From Octopus vulgaris (Eukaryota): DNA of 64,000 bases. Location of the stretch: positions 116,808,001 to 116,872,000 of the forward strand of contig OX597819.1 of NCBI GenBank assembly GCA_951406725.2, written 5' to 3'. The translations under genes were made by a program, and so were the position numbers. The notes beneath the pieces were generated by a model. The model searched no databases. It saw nothing but the letters and a program-made list of their open reading frames with translations, and was not told the origin of the DNA. Of the stretch, positions 58,714 through 64,000 are shown piece after piece (within the stretch, counting starts at the first letter, position 1; every line of letters starts with the position of its first letter).

Positions 58714-59968
58714 TTGGGTTGGCACCTAAGTTCCCACCGTTTTATTAAATTAAAATTTTTAAAGAGCTTAATATAAAATAACAACTAATTAATCAATAAT
58801 ATATTCACCTTTGTTTACAAATTCTTCCTAACATTCAAGAAGATTTTCAATACCTCGTTGGTAGAAATCACCCGATTTCGACACGAAAAATTAATCCAAG
58901 CAAGCTTTCAATTCTGCATCAGTATTGAACGAAGATCGACGCATAGCATTTGATAGAGATCGAAAGAGGTGGAAATCCGTTGATCCCCAATCTGGAAAGT
59001 ACGGCGGGTGTGGCAGCACTTCCCAGCCATGCGTTCGAATGGCTTCGTTTGTCATATTGGCGATATAAAGGAGGGAGTTGCCGTACAGCAGAAGAACTCC
59101 ATGCTATCTATTAGGGCTTTTCTCTTGAATATCCATGTTGAGTCGTTCCATCGGTTGAACATAGAGCTCTCCGTTGACCGTTTGGTTCCGTTGAAGTAAT
59201 TCGTAATGGATAATTCCTTCCCATTCTTACCATACGCACAACATTGTTTTACGCTGATGAAGATATTCTTTCACGCGGTGTGTCACTTGTTTACCGGGTC
59301 TAAGCCATTCCTTACGCTGCTTCATATTGATGTACAGTCACCATTTTTAGTCGCCAGTAACGATTCAGTAAAGAAACCGTTGCTTGTGTCCATGCATTGA
59401 GCGGTGACGGGTAAGCAAACCAGCGGAGATTGTGGCTCGTTGATTTTTGTAGTTGTCACTTAAAGCACGTGAAACCCATGCTCCATACTTCTGAACCTTT
59501 CCCATAGAGTGAAGATGCTTCTCTGTAGCAGTGTGGGAGCATTCTATATTCTCTAAAAGTGCCCTTGGCGCTTGACGAGAATTTTCATGCAAAAGTTGGT
59601 TTAATCTCTCTTCATCGAACTCAACTGAACGGCCAGAGCGAGGCACGTCTTTGAGGTCAAAATTGCCATTTTTGAACTTGGCATGCCAATAATAGGCGGT
59701 TCTTTCAGCTACGGCAACCTTTCCATACATAGCACAAATGTCTCGAGCAACTTTTGCGGCCTTCGAACCTTGATTAAAAGCAAAAAGCAGAGGTGCTGAA
59801 ACGCTTGTTTTTCTTAACTTGACGTTCCATATTAATCTGAAAATAAACAAAAATTAAGTACAATTAACTAGAAAAAAAAGATACCAAAATGATTTTCAAA
59901 TAGAATTCTCGAAGGAAATAGTTTTAAAAATAAAAAAAACAAAAAACGGTGGGAGTTTACTTGCCAAC

Positions 59969-59972
<4 letters not shown>
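58714..59972 (-). mobile_element. full-length mariner (mellifera-like TIRs), pseudogenised
   Basis: TIRs ttgggttggcacctaagttcccaccgtttt / aaaacggtgggagtttacttgccaacccaa with TA flanks. Encodes KFKNGNFDLKDVPRSGR, GAWVSRAL, IVTGD, HPPYFPD..STDFHLFRSL. Confidence 0.93.
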
Positions 59973-60008
<36 letters not shown>

Positions 60009-60597
60009 TATATACAAATAAATAATAAAAAGAAAATAAAGAGTTAAAACTGGCATGTGTAAATTTATTAACATAATATTAATAACATCTATAATTGTTT
60101 CGATTCAAATTCAAAACCAATAACAAATCTTAAAAATTCAGATTTCGGAAACATTTTGAGTAAGAATCTCATCAGAGTAATCTAGGACAAAAAAATTACA
60201 ATGTACTGATACAAACACACACACACACACACGCACACACACACACACACACACACCACACACACATAAACATATAAATTAACATTAGCTTTTGATTGAT
60301 TAAAACATAATTAAAACATACGATTGATTAAAACATATAAGTTATCGTGTGATTTTGATTGATTAATTTTTTACGTACACTTAAGTAAACAAACTATTAA
60401 ATAATAATTATAGAGTAATTTATAATATTGTCTAACTTAGGCGTATTGAGGATAAAGAATATTTTTCTGGAAAGATATTTGTGTGAGAAAAGTTTTCCTT
60501 AACCGTATAGGAGTGTAAGTAAATGTTTACTGTTTCATTATAGATTCTTCACGAATTGCGTCTGCTTTAAAATAATAACACGCAGAAATATACGTAT

Positions 60598-61030
<433 letters not shown>

Positions 61031-61224
61031 TATCAGGGGTTGTGAGTTAGTATCGAAACGATTGTAGGGATTATTAATATTAGGTTTGTAAATTAACATA
61101 TGTCAATTTGAGGTCTTTATTTTCCTTTTATTGTTTTCTATCTTGTATATATACCCATTTTTTCTACTATATTCTCTATTGAACCTGTTGAACCCTTTCG
61201 TTGGATTATATATATATATATATA

Positions 61225-62493
61225 CGAGGGGCGTTCAATAAGTAATGCCCCTGAGCCACTTCCCATAGCAGTAGAGCAACGACACTTGGCACAGTTATTA
61301 GTCTTTACCTACGTAGGCACTACCCAGAGTTATGCATTTCTCCCATCGTTTGATACAGCTCTGGAGACCGTTTTTGTAGACGACCCCAGCTTGGTCCTCC
61401 AACCACGACGTGACTTCAGAAATCAAGGCTGCATCATCTGGGAAACGATTTCCTTTCAAAATCAACTTCATGGCTGGGAAGAGGTGAAAATCAGAGGATG
61501 CAAGGGGAGGAGTTCATAGTTGCACGCCTGTGCTTCTGATCTGGCGACACGCGAGTTGTGGACCGGAGCGTTGTCCTGCAGGAGGAGGATGCCTTTGCTG
61601 ATCTTGCCCCGCCTCTTGATTTTGATAGCTTCTCTTAATTTCCTCAAAAGTGAAGCATAATAGGCTCCTGTAATTGTGGTACCCTTTGCCAGGAAATCTG
61701 TCATCACTACTCCGTCCTGGTCCCAGAAGACTATGAGCATAACCTTGTCAGCGGAGGGCTGCACCCTTGCCTTCTTTGGAGGAGGTGAGTCACAGTGCTT
61801 TCACTGCATTGACTGGGCTTTGGTCTATGGATTATAGTGATGGACCCATGGTTTATCCTGTGTGATCAGTCTTTTGAAAACTTTTGACTCATCTTCTTGG
61901 CACATCTCCAAATTCATCCTCGAGCACTCAACGCGTTCTTGCTTCTGGAAAGTTGCGAGCAACCTGGAAATCCATCTGGCAGACACCTTTTGCATATGCA
62001 AATGGTCATGAATGATAGTGTACACAGACCCGGTACTAATCTTGACCTCTTGGGCCATTTGGCGAATAGTTATGCGTTGACCTTCCAAAATGGCAGCCTC
62101 AACTTGACGGACAGACGTCTCATCAACGGCAGAAGGGGGCGACCAGATCTGGGAGCTGTTTCCACAGAGTTCCGACTATGTTTGAATTCACAATGCCAGC
62201 GTTTTACAAGGTCATATGATGGGGCATCATCACCATAAGTTACTTTCATTTCATCAAAAGTCTCCCGTGGTGTGCGTCCTTTCAAATACAAAAACCAGAC
62301 CACTGCTCGACACTCAACAGGCTCCATTTCACACTTGACTCAGTTCAAACACCTGTAAATCAGAAACCACAATAAGTTCAGAGCTGTAATTCGCCACTTA
62401 ATCTATAGAGGTATAAATAAATGCACATGCAAAATTTAAGCTAGATCAAACAACTGCAAGTGGGTCAGGGGCATTACTTATTGAACGCTCCTC

Positions 62494-62494
<1 letters not shown>
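61225..62494 (-). mobile_element. full-length mariner (irritans-like CGAGGG TIRs), pseudogenised
   Basis: TIRs cgaggggcgttcaataagtaatgcccctga / tcaggggcattacttattgaacgctcctcg with TA flanks. Encodes MEPVECRAV.., KVSARWISRLL, ITQDKPWVHHY, KVMLIVFWD, LLQDNAPVH. Confidence 0.93.
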
Positions 62495-62550
<56 letters not shown>

Positions 62551-62857
62551 TATATATACACATATATACATATTTATGCAGGTATATATATATTTGTGGT
62601 GCAAGATTTTTTTATGTGAATTCGTGTGTTGAAACAGATATTGTTATATATTCGGAATGGTCATTTTGCCAGTTTAACCAATACAAACACACGCACTATA
62701 TATTTGGTGTTATTTTGCTTCAGTGTTATTTATTTTTTACGTTAATCTTAGTCTTATTTCGGTCAGAGTTCTTTCGTCACACTCCTGTGACCGCATCAGT
62801 AGTCCTTTGTTTTCTTCTTTCTTATTTGTGTCTCTCCTTACTAACCGTCAGCCATTT

Positions 62858-63069
<212 letters not shown>

Positions 63070-63254
63070 ATAAATTAAATAGTGATATTAATTGGTATCC
63101 TAACAGTATATTTGCATTGTAATATAACATAATATGCTATGTATATGATATATAAGATGACATAAAAAGTTATTAAACAAACAAAAGAAAAACTGTCATT
63201 TATTTCGACTTATATATATTATTTAATTTCTAGGCAATTCTTATCCCTAAATTT

Positions 63255-63398
63255 CATTATTAACATTCGACGGATATTATTTGTCCCCATCTTGTTTATT
63301 GTTAACAGAAAGTTTCGGCTGATGTACCCTGCAGTCTTCTTCAGGTGTCTTGGGGAAATTTCGAACCTGGGTCCTCATTCCTAAGGTATTCTTCGATG

Positions 63399-63472
<74 letters not shown>

Positions 63473-63590
63473 ATTAATATTATTATTATTATTGTTGCTG
63501 TTGTTGTCGTTGTTGTTGTTCAGGTCACTGCTTGGAATCGAACTCGGAATTTTGGGGTTATAGCACGTATCTTAAACACTACGCCTTTTG
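63255..63590 (-). mobile_element. tRNA-headed SINE-like element with internal microsatellite and hammerhead-like tail
   Basis: Minus strand: GGCGTAGTGT (A-box-like) ..GAGTTCGATTCC (B-box), (AAC/AAT)n, then gacac-CTGAAGA-agactg..cagcc-GAAAC-tttctgtt. Confidence 0.65.
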
Positions 63591-63929
63591 TACATAAGTC
63601 TCTTCAGGATTTCGGTTCAAAAGACAGGAAATTCCGCCTGAAAGAACGGCCAGATTAAAAAAAAAATTGACTGGAATATCTACTATATAAGTATAGTTAA
63701 AAAGAAAATTAGAACAGATAAAATAATGACATTATTTTATTTATTGTTTGTAATCAGTGGGATTCAACTCCCGAATTTTATAATTGGATTAATTACACAC
63801 CCCTTTGAAGGAACTTCTGTCATTAGTTTGTTACATATATGATATATATATGTAGCTATATCAAACTCCATTCTTCACCAAGTGTCACATATTAGACGAG
63901 GTTCTTCGCAATAACAGTGTAGCACAAAA

Positions 63930-63975
63930 CGGCGGTGCATCAGCATGGCCGCAGCTCTGAGCGGAAACTAGAGAG
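63930..63975 (+). mobile_element. short 3'-tail fragment shared with the CORE-like SINE
   Basis: cggcggtgcatcagcatggccgcagctctgagcggaaac resembles the reverse complement of 51733-51769; similar sequence at 37620-37686. Confidence 0.6.
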
Positions 63976-64000
63976 AATATATATATATATATATAAAGAT

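Overview
Eukaryotic, AT-rich, microsatellite-dense DNA in which I can support no host gene. The SINE families and repeat landscape look cephalopod, most like Octopus (my inference). The window is a patchwork of mobile elements. (1) A 5'-truncated but otherwise near-intact Penelope-like element (PLE) on the - strand at about 54.1-58.6 kb, with a coiled-coil ORF1, RT, GIY-YIG nuclease and a 93-bp repeat array. (2) A C-rich PLE RT fragment at 23.4-24.6 kb and several decayed PLEs. (3) A full-length R4/Dong-type non-LTR element embedded in (TAA)n at 40.7-44.9 kb, plus many fragments. (4) Two full-length mariners, two Tc1 copies, a maT-like remnant and several mariner fragments. (5) At least three tRNA-derived SINE families. 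Most ORF-track entries are microsatellite or antisense shadow artefacts. The best leads are: a U-UUU-UUA heptamer placed exactly at the ORF1/RT junction of the PLE (candidate programmed -1 frameshift, though a homopolymer indel is a real alternative); a 67-bp-arm inverted repeat encoding a minimal hammerhead ribozyme on both strands; and a tRNA-headed SINE carrying a hammerhead motif. All calls were made by eye without database searches.
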